This document shows positions 17,005 to 27,545 of a DNA stretch of 43,154 nt, one piece after another. Within the stretch, counting starts at the first letter, position 1; each line of letters opens with the position of its first letter. Made by a program: the position numbers and the translations under genes. The notes beneath the pieces are model-generated. The model did not search any database, was not told the DNA's origin, and worked only from the letters and a program-made list of their open reading frames with translations. Location of the stretch: positions 1 to 43,154 of the forward strand of contig JAHDBD010000016.1 of assembly GCA_020630575.1 (NCBI GenBank). Reading direction: 5' to 3'. The DNA is from Bernardetia sp. Its GTDB lineage: Bacteria; Bacteroidota; Bacteroidia; Cytophagales; Bernardetiaceae.

Positions 17005-19347
17005 TTACATAATATCATCTTCCAAAGAGCCTCTAACTGGCATAAGATCACGCAGTGAAGAGTCACTTCCTGAACGGTTATATTTACTACAATCTGTTTC
17101 AATGGAAAGCTCAGATCTATTCACTAGATTTACTCTTGGTAGCACATAGTCAGTAATAGTAGAATCCATATACAAAGAATCCATAAACATTCCATAAGCT
17201 GGCATTGCCATTCTTGAGCCTTGTCCATAAGCAAAGTTGTTGAAGTGAATACTTCTATCATCTCCCCCTACCCATGTTCCGACAACTAAATTTTTGGTCA
17301 TTCCCATAAACCAACCATCAGAATAATTTTGTGTAGTTCCTGTTTTTCCTGCTATCTGAACGCCTGCTTTTCTAAATTTATATTTCCATAATCCTAAAGC
17401 TGTTCCTCCTCTTTCTTCTCCTGCACCCATAAGCATATAAAGCATTGTATTTGCATCATCTTTGGAGAGTGCAGGACGAGTTTTTGGAGAAAAATCACGA
17501 AGTACACGTCCATTTTTATCTTCTATACGAGTAATAAAGATAGGTTCTGTCCAGTTTCCTTCATTATTAAAAGTTCCATAAGCTCCTACCATTTCATAGA
17601 CAGAAACATCACTTACGCCTAATGCTAAAGCAGGAACGGCATCTAAAGGAGCTTCTATTCCCATTCTACGAGCATATTCAATTACTTTACTTGCTCCATT
17701 TTTAGAATCTAGTTCTCCAATCAAATAAGCTGCAATTGTATTTACAGAACGAGCAAGTCCTTGGCGAAGTGTCATGGTCTGTCCTGTATAACCACCACTA
17801 TTTTTGGCTGTCCAAGTTCCACCTGATTCTAAATTAAATGTTTTTGGAACATCTGTAACTTGAAAACAAGGATGAAATTTTTTCTCAGAAATAGCTGTTG
17901 CATAAACGATAGGTTTGAAAGTAGAGCCTGGTTGTCTTCTCCCTTGTTGTACGTGGTCAAATTGGAAGTGTTTGTGATTGATTCCACCTACCCAAGCCTT
18001 TATTTGTCCTGTATGTGGATCCATTGCCATCATACCAACATGCATAAAGTGCTTGTAATATTTAATAGAATCTAATGGTGTCATGACAGAATCTTTTTCA
18101 TATCCTTTGCTATTCCAGTCAAAAACCTTCATTTTGATAGGCTCATTCATTTGTTGTGCCATATCTTGTGCTATGAGAGTAGAATCTCCGTCATGTTTTA
18201 TTTTTGTAAGACGGTAACGTTCGGTTTGTCTTGTTGCTTTTTCTAAAAAACCTTCAATTTCTTTTCCATATTCATCTCTCCAAGGATTTTTGTCTTTCCA
18301 TTGTTTGAAAAAATTACCTTGTAATTCTTTCATGTGTTCTTTTACTGCTCCTTCTGCATGCTGTTGCATTCTTGAATCAATAGTAGTATAAATTCGAAGT
18401 CCGTCAGCAAACAAATCGTAGCCATTTTCTTTACACCATCTCATCACTTCATTTCTTACAATAGTTCTGAAATAAGGGGCTGCTCCGTTGTGGTGAGCAT
18501 CAACTTCACTATAATTTTCATTTGTTACCATTGGCTCTTCCTTCAAAATTGCACGTTCTTCAGCAGTAATGTAATTATATTTTTCCATTTGCTTAAAAAC
18601 TACATTTCTACGAAACTTAGATTTTTCAGGATTTCCGATAGCGTTGTAAGAAGTAGGAGCTTTCAACATTCCAATAAGTGTAGCAGCTTCTGGCAATGTC
18701 AAATCAATTGGTTCTTTATCAAAATACGTTTTTGCGGCTACTTTTATTCCAAAAGCATTTCTACCAAAATCTACAGTATTGAGATACCAATAAAGTATTT
18801 CATCTTTTGTATAAGAACGTTCTAGTTTTATAGAAAGCATCCATTCTTTAAATTTGATGATTCCCATACGTAGAATTTTGCTATTGTCTGGTGTTGTCCA
18901 ATCTCCTTCATATTTTTCGGTACGAGTATTAAATAAGTTTTTGGCAAGCTGTTGAGAAATTGTACTTCCTCCTCCATCAAGCTCAAAAGTAATAACTCCA
19001 TAAAAAACACGTAATAAACTAATAAAGTCTATTCCAGAATGTTCTCTAAAGCGAATATCTTCAGTAGCAACTAAAGCATTGATTACATTAGGAGAAATTT
19101 CGGAGAGTGGTACAGGAGTTCTGTTTTCTCTATAATATTTTCCCATCAATGTTCCATCTGCTGAATAAATTTCAGAAGCAACATTACTATTTGGATTTTC
19201 AAGATCTTTTAGGTCTGGCATACCACCAAAATAACCTCCAAAATCTTCTTGAATTGCCATTACCCACATGGCAATAAAAAATAGTCCTACTCCGAAAACT
19301 GCCCAAGTAATTTTTATGGCTTTTATGAATAAGGATTTTTTTAGCAT
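17005..19347 (-). CDS. mrcA: Penicillin-binding protein 1A (bifunctional glycosyltransferase/transpeptidase)
   Basis: 780 aa with an N-terminal TM anchor. GT51 motifs (ATEDIRFREHSGID, GGSTISQQLAKN). Transpeptidase motifs STFKP (SxxK) and KTGTT. Confidence 0.9.
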   Translation of the reverse strand: MLKKSLFIKAIKITWAVFGVGLFFIAMWVMAIQEDFGGYFGGMPDLKDLENPNSNVASEIYSADGTLMGKYYRENRTPVPLSEISPNVINALVATEDIRFREHSGIDFISLLRVFYGVITFELDGGGSTISQQLAKNLFNTRTEKYEGDWTTPDNSKILRMGIIKFKEWMLSIKLERSYTKDEILYWYLNTVDFGRNAFGIKVAAKTYFDKEPIDLTLPEAATLIGMLKAPTSYNAIGNPEKSKFRRNVVFKQMEKYNYITAEERAILKEEPMVTNENYSEVDAHHNGAAPYFRTIVRNEVMRWCKENGYDLFADGLRIYTTIDSRMQQHAEGAVKEHMKELQGNFFKQWKDKNPWRDEYGKEIEGFLEKATRQTERYRLTKIKHDGDSTLIAQDMAQQMNEPIKMKVFDWNSKGYEKDSVMTPLDSIKYYKHFMHVGMMAMDPHTGQIKAWVGGINHKHFQFDHVQQGRRQPGSTFKPIVYATAISEKKFHPCFQVTDVPKTFNLESGGTWTAKNSGGYTGQTMTLRQGLARSVNTIAAYLIGELDSKNGASKVIEYARRMGIEAPLDAVPALALGVSDVSVYEMVGAYGTFNNEGNWTEPIFITRIEDKNGRVLRDFSPKTRPALSKDDANTMLYMLMGAGEERGGTALGLWKYKFRKAGVQIAGKTGTTQNYSDGWFMGMTKNLVVGTWVGGDDRSIHFNNFAYGQGSRMAMPAYGMFMDSLYMDSTITDYVLPRVNLVNRSELSIETDCSKYNRSGSDSSLRDLMPVRGSLEDDIM

Positions 19348-19605
19348 AACTTTTATATATATAAATACATTTTTGATAAATGTATAATGAAATTCTTTTT
19401 ATATGACACTTTAAAGTGTTAGCAATATCAACAAACAAAATTGCAAAAAAATAAGGACTTTTTCAATTCTGAAAAGCCCTAAATAACAATTACGAATTAA
19501 AAATTGCGAATTATGGATTTAAATTACTGATTAGTCGACAATTAATCACAAATAGTAAATTCTTATTACCTGTTCTTACCTATTTTTTTTGGTTTTTTTT
19601 GGTTT

Positions 19606-20058
19606 TTATTGAAACATATCACGAATAATTTTCAAATGATGTTCAGTATGAATGCCTATAAAACGAATTGCTTCTTTTTTATTCATGTGTCCAAAAATAG
19701 GATGAGGAAAATAAGTGTTTTTATTCAAATCTTCTATCTTATCAACCTGCAATTTTGTCTTTTCTAAAAACTCTCTAATTGATTCTTCTGTAATTGGATT
19801 TTCATTTCGGACAGATTTGGGAACTCTTGCCTTTCCTCTAGGAATATGCTTTGTTAGCATTACAAAAAACTTAGGAAAACTAAATTTACTTTTAAACTCA
19901 CTTGGGTTAGAGTCTTCTAGCTGTTTAGCTACTCCACGAATAACACGCAGTGCATGGTCGACCTGCCAACCTACATTTGAATGTGTGACTTTTGGGTTTG
20001 TTTTTTCTAGTTGTGGAATATAAGACTCAAGTTCAGCAAGCTGTTTTTCGAATAACAT
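19606..20058 (-). CDS. DinB/DUF1569-like superfamily protein
   Basis: 150 aa. Spaced His residues (HALRV...HMNKKEAIRFIGIHTEHHLKII) typical of the DinB_2 four-helix-bundle metal-binding family. Confidence 0.5.
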   Translation of the reverse strand: MLFEKQLAELESYIPQLEKTNPKVTHSNVGWQVDHALRVIRGVAKQLEDSNPSEFKSKFSFPKFFVMLTKHIPRGKARVPKSVRNENPITEESIREFLEKTKLQVDKIEDLNKNTYFPHPIFGHMNKKEAIRFIGIHTEHHLKIIRDMFQ

Positions 20059-20069
20059 AGGAGAACAAA

Positions 20070-20180
20070 GTTAGATTTTAGAAATTAGAATTCAGAAGTA
20101 AAATTAGAAATACAAAACGTAAACTCTAAAAGTAAAAATTCATTTAATTCTAACTTCTAAAATCTACCTTCTAAATTCGC
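20070..20180. repeat. Intergenic tract of degenerate heptanucleotide tandem repeats (TTAGAAW units, then inverted TTCTAAA units)
   Basis: Read in 7-nt phase: TTAGATT TTAGAAA TTAGAAT TCAGAAG ... TAAACTC TAAAAGT ... TTCTAAC TTCTAAA ATCTACC TTCTAAA. Confidence 0.55.
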
Positions 20181-21455
20181 TTACGTTTTTCTTTTCTTTT
20201 TCTTAGCAGCAGGAAACAGAATATTGTTCAAAATTAGTCTATATCCAGGTGATTGTGGATGTAGGTTTAAGTCTGTTGGAGCTTCTCCTACATAATGTTG
20301 ATAATCTTCTGGATCGTGTCCCCCATAAAAAGTCCATGTTCCTTTTCCCATTGTTCCATGAATATAACGAACTTCATTTACCGTCTTAAATTCTCCCAAA
20401 ATCACAACATCAGATTTTACTAACTCTTTTCTAAAAGCTGTCGTTTGTCCCATAAAACCTTTTACTTTCGTAACGTGATTTTGAGTAAGCATAGTCGGAA
20501 TTGGATCCCATTTGGCAGAAAACTGAAAAAGTTCGAAATAATCATTTTTTTCTGTGATTCCTGTGCGCTGACGATAGCTATTATCAATACTAGAATACTC
20601 ATATTCAAAAGGATTCAAGACTAATTTGAAATCTTTGAAAGCAAATGTATTCTCAAACTTCAATTTTTTATTGGCTGCTGGGTCGGCAGGGTCACCGTCA
20701 TAAACTCTATCACAAATATCTATTCCTTCAGCTGCAAGCGCAATATCGTATGTATCTGTTGCTGAACACATAGCAAACATAAATCCACCACCTAAGCAAT
20801 ATCCTTGAATCTTCTTTACAACAGCTAATTTAAGCTCTGAAACTTTAGCAAAACCATACTTTTTGGCTACTTCTTCATATTCTCTTTGTTGGTCTTGATA
20901 CCATTTTTGACCTGAATAACTAGCATAAAATTTTCCATATTGTCCTGTAAAATCTTCGTGATGCAAATGTAACCAATCATATTCAGGAAGTTTGTCTTGC
21001 ATAATTTCATCATCAAAAACGACATCATAAGGAATTTCTGCATAAGTCAGAACAAGGGTTACGGCATCATCCCAAGGCTGTTTAGATTTTGGAGAATAAA
21101 CAGCAATTTTTGGAGCAACTTCCAGTTTTACAATGTCCATATTAACATCAGCCTTTGCAATCTGACTACGAACTTGAGTTGCTTGAGCTTCTGAGATAAT
21201 TTCAAAACTCACTCCACGAAGGCGCATTTCTTCTTCAAAAGGACGAGAATAATCAAACATAAAACTACCACCACGATAGTTTAGAAGCCATTCGACAGTC
21301 ATATCTTGTTTAAGAACAGCAAATGCAATTCCGTAGGCTTTTAAATGATTTTTCTGTGTTTCGTCCATCGCAATCATTATCTGATTAGCTTTAGCAAAAT
21401 TTGAAACACTTATAAAAAATAGAAAGAATAGAGATAGAATAAGTTTTTTTTTCAT
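20181..21455 (-). CDS. Conserved hypothetical secreted protein
   Basis: 424 aa with signal peptide MKKKLILSLFFLFFISVSNFAKA. Lys-rich C-terminus. No confident family assignment from sequence alone. Confidence 0.5.
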   Translation of the reverse strand: MKKKLILSLFFLFFISVSNFAKANQIMIAMDETQKNHLKAYGIAFAVLKQDMTVEWLLNYRGGSFMFDYSRPFEEEMRLRGVSFEIISEAQATQVRSQIAKADVNMDIVKLEVAPKIAVYSPKSKQPWDDAVTLVLTYAEIPYDVVFDDEIMQDKLPEYDWLHLHHEDFTGQYGKFYASYSGQKWYQDQQREYEEVAKKYGFAKVSELKLAVVKKIQGYCLGGGFMFAMCSATDTYDIALAAEGIDICDRVYDGDPADPAANKKLKFENTFAFKDFKLVLNPFEYEYSSIDNSYRQRTGITEKNDYFELFQFSAKWDPIPTMLTQNHVTKVKGFMGQTTAFRKELVKSDVVILGEFKTVNEVRYIHGTMGKGTWTFYGGHDPEDYQHYVGEAPTDLNLHPQSPGYRLILNNILFPAAKKKKRKT

Positions 21456-21673
21456 AATTGGATTTTTGTCTTTTTTATTAATTCTAATTCAAATATATAA
21501 AATTGAATCTAACTCTAAATATCGCAAAAATTATACTTGTTTGTACTAACACAGAGAGAAGTATAAAGGTATTTAAGTTTTTTTTCACTATGTTAAACAT
21601 CAAAAATGAGACGTAAAATATGTATAGAATTAGCCGATTCTCAAAAAATAATTGTTATTTCTAGGTTTTAACT

Positions 21674-23677
21674 TTACTTTCTCAAATAACTAGCAAGTTT
21701 TTGCTTGAAGGCTTCTTTATTAAATGGTTTGGCAATATAATCATTCATTCCTGCTGCAATACATTTTTCGGCTTCTCCTTTTAGTGCAGAAGCAGTCATG
21801 GCGATAATAGTCAAATCTTTAGAAATGGTTTCTCTGATTATTTTGGTAGCTTGGTAACCATCCATTTCGGGCATGTGAACATCCATTAAGACCAAATTAA
21901 ACTCTTCTTTTTGTAGCTTTTCGACGGCTTCTTTTCCATTGAAAGCCACTTCAATTTCATAGTTCCAGTTCTTAAGCATTGTTACTACTAAAAGCTGATT
22001 GATTTCATTATCTTCTGCTAATAAAATCTTATTTGTAATTGGTTTGGGAGCTGCAATACTTGTACTGTCTATATTCTCTTTTTGGATAAGATTTTCAGAA
22101 TTGATTGCATTACGCAGAAAATCAGGAATTTGATTTGTTCTATCTCGCTGTACCATAGGCTGACTTACTTCTGTATATTTTTTGTAGCGAAGTTGAAAAG
22201 CAAATGTAGAACCTTGTCCTACTTTACTTTTTGCATAAATCTCTCCTCCTTGAAGTTCTACCAATTGTTTACATATTGCAAGACCTAGACCTGTTCCACC
22301 ATATTTTCGTGTAGTATCGCTGCTTGCTTGCGTAAACATTGTAAAAATATCATCTATCTTTTCTTCTGAAATCCCTATTCCTGTATCACTTACATAAAAA
22401 TGAAGTGTTACAAAATTTTTATCTTCATCTACCAAATTAGCACCAATTACTATTTCTCCTTTGTGTGTAAATTTTACAGCATTTCCTAAGAGATTAAGCA
22501 AAACTTGTCTTAAGCGTACTTCATCGCCCACAAAACGAGCAGGAATATCTGGACTTATTTTGCTTCTTAAAGTAACCTTTTTAGTATCAGCTTTTACTTT
22601 GATACTACTTATCATATTTTCTACAATTGGATAAAAATCAATTGGACTTTCTTCAAAAGATATTTTTCCAGATTCAATTTTTGATAAATCTAAAATATCA
22701 TTGATAATAACTAAAAGATGGTCAGCAGAAGATTTAATGGCATTGACATACTTCAACTGAACATTATTTAGAGAAGTATCCAATAAAAGCTCTGACATTC
22801 CGTAAACGCCATTCATAGGTGTTCTAATTTCATGACTCATATTTGCCAAAAACTGCTCTTTTGCTTTTGCAGATTGTTCTGCTTGTTCTTTTGCCAAAAC
22901 TAAAGCTAAGTTTTGCTGTTCAATTTGTGCAAGCATATCATCAAAACTTTCTGTCAGTGTTCCGATTTCGTCCCTTCTTTCTCCTCTACTAATTCGTGTA
23001 GAATAGACTTTTTCTTGAGCAATTTGTTTTGTTTGTGCTGTCAGTTCCAAAATCGGTTTCGAAACTAATCTTTGTAAACGAATAGCTATAAAATAAGTAA
23101 GAAGAGAAACAGTAAGCAAAATAAGCCCCGTAATGAGCGCATAACGTTGCATACGATCATAAAAACGATCAAGATTAGATAAAAGATAAACGGTTGGATA
23201 AGTTGGAGGACGATTATCTATCGAAAGTCCTGTTGTATTATCTTTATCAAAATTAGCTAAATCTACTTCTCTACGATGATAAATTGACATTTGATTATTT
23301 AGTAAATCAAAGTCAGAATTTTCATAAGGAGGTTTCTTATAAGCAGGATTTACTTTCATTCCCAAACGCTCATATTTTGCAAAGGGTCTGCCAAGTGTAT
23401 CATATACTTGTGCAGCCAAAATATTAGGGTCAGAAGCAAATAAATCTTTTAACTGGTCTTCTGTATTTTTAGGATCTGCAAAACTAACTGGAAGATAAGC
23501 ATCCCTAGAAATAATCTGCGCTCTATCACGCAAACCTGTTTCTAATTCGGTTCTGTAATCAATCAAGTCATAGATAATAAAAGCCGAAAAGGCAATTATT
23601 AAAGCAATAATAGTCGCTATCATAATCGAACCGACTACTTTTGTCTTTATAGAAACATGATTGAGAAACTTAAACAT
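21674..23677 (-). CDS. Hybrid sensor histidine kinase/response regulator
   Basis: 667 aa. Two TM helices flank a periplasmic sensor region. HisKA H-box ([19 protein letters not shown]), HATPase_c G-boxes ([15 protein letters not shown]). C-terminal REC domain ([12 protein letters not shown]...[13 protein letters not shown]). Confidence 0.85.
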   Translation of the reverse strand: MFKFLNHVSIKTKVVGSIMIATIIALIIAFSAFIIYDLIDYRTELETGLRDRAQIISRDAYLPVSFADPKNTEDQLKDLFASDPNILAAQVYDTLGRPFAKYERLGMKVNPAYKKPPYENSDFDLLNNQMSIYHRREVDLANFDKDNTTGLSIDNRPPTYPTVYLLSNLDRFYDRMQRYALITGLILLTVSLLTYFIAIRLQRLVSKPILELTAQTKQIAQEKVYSTRISRGERRDEIGTLTESFDDMLAQIEQQNLALVLAKEQAEQSAKAKEQFLANMSHEIRTPMNGVYGMSELLLDTSLNNVQLKYVNAIKSSADHLLVIINDILDLSKIESGKISFEESPIDFYPIVENMISSIKVKADTKKVTLRSKISPDIPARFVGDEVRLRQVLLNLLGNAVKFTHKGEIVIGANLVDEDKNFVTLHFYVSDTGIGISEEKIDDIFTMFTQASSDTTRKYGGTGLGLAICKQLVELQGGEIYAKSKVGQGSTFAFQLRYKKYTEVSQPMVQRDRTNQIPDFLRNAINSENLIQKENIDSTSIAAPKPITNKILLAEDNEINQLLVVTMLKNWNYEIEVAFNGKEAVEKLQKEEFNLVLMDVHMPEMDGYQATKIIRETISKDLTIIAMTASALKGEAEKCIAAGMNDYIAKPFNKEAFKQKLASYLRK

Positions 23678-23898
23678 AGAAAGGAAAGATGAGTTTTTTA
23701 ATTTGTGTATTTGTCTTGAAATCTTTAAGAATTTTGAAAACTATAAGAGTTAAATAACTGCAATAGTTTTGCCTTAAAGTCAAAAATAGGATAAAATTAG
23801 TTATTATACTACTCTATTTTAGACCAAAGCTAACTTTGTATCGATTGACAAGATTTTTTACATTTGAAGTCTATGTTACTTTATATTTATTTTGTCCT

Positions 23899-23948
23899 TA
23901 CCTCAAAAGCCTAGCAATCTGTGCCAATAAATCCATAAAAATAATTTT
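23899..23948. repeat. Direct duplicate of the last ~50 bp of holB (3' end plus stop)
   Basis: 47/50 nt identical to 26332..26381. The minus-strand translation KIIFMDLLAQIARLLR* matches the holB C-terminus KIIFMDLSVQIARLLR*. Confidence 0.6.
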
Positions 23949-23999
23949 TGGTAACCCAAAGTAATTTTGGAAATAGTTTAAATATCTGCCTTGTATAAA

Positions 24000-24746
24000 T
24001 CAAAATACTTCCTCAATTTCAAAATCATTTCGTTGCCCAGCTTTTATATTGAGTTTGTAGTTTTTAGTATTTCCGAACGTATCATTTGTGTAATAATCTG
24101 TTCGGATTTGAAAATGAAGTGTGGTGTCTTTTTCTACATCAAAATATAGGTTCTCTATGGATTGGTTGTTTTGATGGAGTTGGTAGGAAAATAACTTGGG
24201 ATTATCAGAGTAATGCAAAAATATTTTTGGACTTAAAGTAATGAGATTGAGCGAAAATTTATCAAAAATCCCCCCACAATAACTCACTCGACTAAACTCC
24301 ACTATTTGAGCTTGATTGTGTATTCTGTACAAAGTCATTTTGTGAAGCCTTTGAAGGATTGAAGAATTAAGATTCTCATAATTTAGTAACTCTGTACTTT
24401 TGGTAGAAATAATATTCTGATAAGAGCTATCTCTCAAATGTTTTTTTAATAAAGTCCATTTATAATTATTGGTTTTGAATAGAGAATCTGAAAATTCATA
24501 ATTCTTGCGAAGTGAACCGTATAAACTGACATCTCTTGGGTTATAGCCACTTTCTGCCATTTGAGTTTCTCCTTCTTGTAATTCTTCTAAAAAAACTCTT
24601 TTGCTTTTCTCTATCAAAAATTTACTGCTCCTTTCAAGTGATTTGATATTTCTTTCCTCTTGCCTTTCTTTCAAAAAAAAGTATAAAAAACAAAAAATCC
24701 CTATCAAACCCCAAAGTGAAACAGAAAATATAGTTTTAATTTTCAT
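24000..24746 (-). CDS. Hypothetical N-terminally membrane-anchored protein (paralog of 24743..25327)
   Basis: 248 aa. The N-terminus MKIKTIFSVSLWGLIGIFCFLYFFLKE resembles MKNKILLSVSLWFLIAFLGIYYFISQK of the upstream gene. Start overlaps the upstream stop (ATGA). Confidence 0.5.
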   Translation of the reverse strand: MKIKTIFSVSLWGLIGIFCFLYFFLKERQEERNIKSLERSSKFLIEKSKRVFLEELQEGETQMAESGYNPRDVSLYGSLRKNYEFSDSLFKTNNYKWTLLKKHLRDSSYQNIISTKSTELLNYENLNSSILQRLHKMTLYRIHNQAQIVEFSRVSYCGGIFDKFSLNLITLSPKIFLHYSDNPKLFSYQLHQNNQSIENLYFDVEKDTTLHFQIRTDYYTNDTFGNTKNYKLNIKAGQRNDFEIEEVF

Positions 24747-25327
24747 TTTAAATAGTATTCAATGGGTTCTGGATGGAAAATATCTCTCAATCTAATAGCT
24801 ATTTTATCATTTTCTATAATCTCAATACTTACTTTGCTATATCCTACCTCCCAGTAAGATGTTCTTGGGTAGGTTGCATCATCTACAAAATTCATCAAGT
24901 CTTTGTACAAATAAAGTTTGTGTATTTTCTCTACAATTTTATTTTCCTTAGATGAACAGTAATTAGAATCATTTTGAGAAATAATTTTATTAGAAAACTC
25001 ATTTTTGATTATAGGATATTTTTCCATATCATCTAATGAAATAGCACCTTTTTCGTATCTAATTTCTGCCAGTTTGTGAGCATTTTCTATGTTTTGAAAC
25101 ATATATTGTTCTCTTTTACTGTAAGTAATAGTAGCTCCTACATGATACAAAAGTGTCAAATATCTATCTTTGTGAGCCTGTTGTATTGATTTTTTCAAGA
25201 CTTGGCTACTTTTTTCTACTGCAAAAACTTCATTTTCTTTCTTGTTCTTTTGAGAAATGAAATAATAAATTCCTAAGAAAGCAATCAAGAACCAAAGCGA
25301 AACAGAAAGTAAGATTTTATTCTTCAT
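24743..25327 (-). CDS. Hypothetical N-terminally membrane-anchored protein
   Basis: 194 aa with a signal-anchor. Start overlaps the upstream gene. No known domain recognised. Confidence 0.5.
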   Translation of the reverse strand: MKNKILLSVSLWFLIAFLGIYYFISQKNKKENEVFAVEKSSQVLKKSIQQAHKDRYLTLLYHVGATITYSKREQYMFQNIENAHKLAEIRYEKGAISLDDMEKYPIIKNEFSNKIISQNDSNYCSSKENKIVEKIHKLYLYKDLMNFVDDATYPRTSYWEVGYSKVSIEIIENDKIAIRLRDIFHPEPIEYYLK

Positions 25328-26267
25328 CTTTATAATAGGTATTTAGGTAGTCAAAATCTTGTATGATAGCGAAAGCAGTATCGCTTTGAAGTAGCGTTGG
25401 AATTTGTACTTGAAATTTTTGCACTCCTTTTCTAAATTCTTTTGGAACGATAATAAATCCATTCTCATCAAACTTAGTTTCTACATTCTCTGGGTAAACG
25501 ATACGAGTATTCTCTTTGTCAAAAGGAACAACACTCATTGTAGTAATATAATACGGTTTGTCTTTTTCCTTTTTGTAATGCACATAAGGCACAACTTTTA
25601 TATCTTCTGCTTTCAAATCAAGAGGAAAGAGAAAATATTTTCTTGAAAGTAGTTTTGCATCTTCGTAATACATAGTGGCAAGTTGTGCCTCAAAACGAGA
25701 ATAATGAAAGGCTCTCAAATAATCGTCTGTATCAAAATAAAAATCATATAATTCTTCGTTGGTCATTCCCTCTTCAAAAACAAAATCTTGATAACGCTTC
25801 GAAAGCGAGGAATCTAAAGCTGATACTTTTTGGACATATTCATTAAAAGCTGTAACGACTTTCAAATTAGGAAATTCGACGACAGTGCGCTCTTCTGTAT
25901 ATTTGGGGTTTGATTTTACTTTTTCTTTGACTAATTCAAATCTTGGCTCTTCAAAATAGGTAGTATGAGTTTCTTGATAAATTTTTTGAAGTTCATCTCT
26001 TTGTTTTTTGAAACGAGCATCTACTTTTTTTATGTAATCATTTTCTTCAACTCCATGTTCTTCAAAATGCCTTCCTACACTATGCCACGCTCTTTCTGCT
26101 AATTCAGTATATTCTTCCTTCAAGCCTATATTTTGATGATAATTATAGCCAAAAATTTCTTTTTCAGTTTGAGTATAACGTTCATCAAAAAAAGTCTTGT
26201 ATCCCCAAAAAGCGAATAGTAACAATAAAATAGCTGTAGGCAAATAAGGATTTTGTAAATATTTCAT
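25317..26267 (-). CDS. Hypothetical membrane-anchored protein
   Basis: 316 aa. N-terminal hydrophobic anchor (LPTAILLLLFAFWGY). First gene of a three-gene overlapping operon downstream of holB. Confidence 0.5.
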   Translation of the reverse strand: MKYLQNPYLPTAILLLLFAFWGYKTFFDERYTQTEKEIFGYNYHQNIGLKEEYTELAERAWHSVGRHFEEHGVEENDYIKKVDARFKKQRDELQKIYQETHTTYFEEPRFELVKEKVKSNPKYTEERTVVEFPNLKVVTAFNEYVQKVSALDSSLSKRYQDFVFEEGMTNEELYDFYFDTDDYLRAFHYSRFEAQLATMYYEDAKLLSRKYFLFPLDLKAEDIKVVPYVHYKKEKDKPYYITTMSVVPFDKENTRIVYPENVETKFDENGFIIVPKEFRKGVQKFQVQIPTLLQSDTAFAIIQDFDYLNTYYKDEE

Positions 26268-26330
26268 AACTAAAGAACGAAAAAAGGACTGAATTATTCA
26301 AAACAATAATTTTCATTTCTGACAAAAAAA

Positions 26331-27437
26331 TCACCTCAAAAGCCTAGCAATCTGTACCGACAAATCCATAAAAATAATTTTAGAATTTGCATTTCTTTCT
26401 AAGTGAAAATAGGCTTCATCTATTTTTTCTACCAATGAAAAAATATTCCTTTCATCAATTACTTTAGCAAAATTTTGCACAAATGTTAGTGTTTCAGATT
26501 CGGTACGAATAAGCTGTTCTGTGCCAAAATTAGAAATTAAAGATTCTCTCAAAATAGTCAAAGCATACATTAAAAGCGTTTTTTGTCCTTCTTTTCCTAA
26601 ACTATGAAATACATCAGCTTGATTTACAAAACCTGCATAATCGTGTTTGAAACAAAGACGCATCCAATCTCTAAAAAGCTCTTGATTTTTATTTTGTGAA
26701 TGCTCACTTAGTTTTATGGCTTCATTCAAGTTTCCATCTACTAAAGGCGCAATTTCTCCAGCTTCGTCTTCCTTTATATTCTGACTTATCAAATATTCCT
26801 TGACTTCTTGGTCAGAATAACGAGGAACTTGAATAAGCTGACAACGAGAAAGAATAGTAGCTAATATTTTATCAGTTTTTTCGGCTACCAAAAGAAAGAT
26901 AGTATTTTTTGGAGGTTCTTCTAACCCTTTCAAAAGTGCGTTTGCTGCACTCGCATTCATATATTCAGGCAACCACAAAATCAAAATCTTGTAACCTCCT
27001 TCATACGCTTTCAGAGATAAAATTTTTGAAATATAACGACTTTCTGCCACCGAAATACTAAACTGCTTACCATCTGTTTCCAAATAATCAGACCAATCTT
27101 GTAAAACTGGGTATTTATGTTTTGGTAAAAATTCTCGCCAACCTTTCATAAACTCCTCTCTTTCTTTGTAGGCTTTTGCTTTTGCTGTCGGAAAAACAAA
27201 ATGTAAATCTGGGTGAATTAGCTTTTTATAACGAATGCACGAGCTACATTTTCCACAAGCATCATTTTCTTGTTTGTTTTCACAATTTAAAAAAGTAGCA
27301 TACGCCCAAGCAAGCAAAAGTCCTGCGCTTCCTTCATAGCCTAAAAAAAGCTGTGCATGTGCCACATGGTTGTTATGAACAGCAGAAGTAAGCGTTTTTT
27401 TGAGTTGATCTAAACCTAAAATATCAGAGAAAAGCAT
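26331..27437 (-). CDS. holB: DNA polymerase III delta-prime subunit (HolB)
   Basis: 368 aa. AAA+ clamp-loader features include a sensor/Zn-module CGKCSSC and a Walker-B-like box. The overall length and order are typical of HolB. Confidence 0.8.
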   Translation of the reverse strand: MLFSDILGLDQLKKTLTSAVHNNHVAHAQLFLGYEGSAGLLLAWAYATFLNCENKQENDACGKCSSCIRYKKLIHPDLHFVFPTAKAKAYKEREEFMKGWREFLPKHKYPVLQDWSDYLETDGKQFSISVAESRYISKILSLKAYEGGYKILILWLPEYMNASAANALLKGLEEPPKNTIFLLVAEKTDKILATILSRCQLIQVPRYSDQEVKEYLISQNIKEDEAGEIAPLVDGNLNEAIKLSEHSQNKNQELFRDWMRLCFKHDYAGFVNQADVFHSLGKEGQKTLLMYALTILRESLISNFGTEQLIRTESETLTFVQNFAKVIDERNIFSLVEKIDEAYFHLERNANSKIIFMDLSVQIARLLR

Positions 27438-27545
27438 TTGTTTTTAGTGATTAGTGAAATACAAAATACCGTTTATTAGTTTTATTCCATGTTTTAAAGA
27501 CAAAGATAACAAAACATTTTCCTTCACAATTTGATTTTATAGATT

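Noticed and set aside
20070-20180. CRISPR array
   Set aside because: The repeats seen are tandem 7-mers without unique spacers of 25-40 bp. No cas genes are present.
20181-21455. Asparagine synthetase-like annotation for the 424-aa secreted protein
   Set aside because: The protein has a signal peptide. It lacks the N-terminal Cys-2 glutamine amidotransferase nucleophile and the SGGxDS PP-loop of AsnB. It is called only a conserved hypothetical secreted protein.
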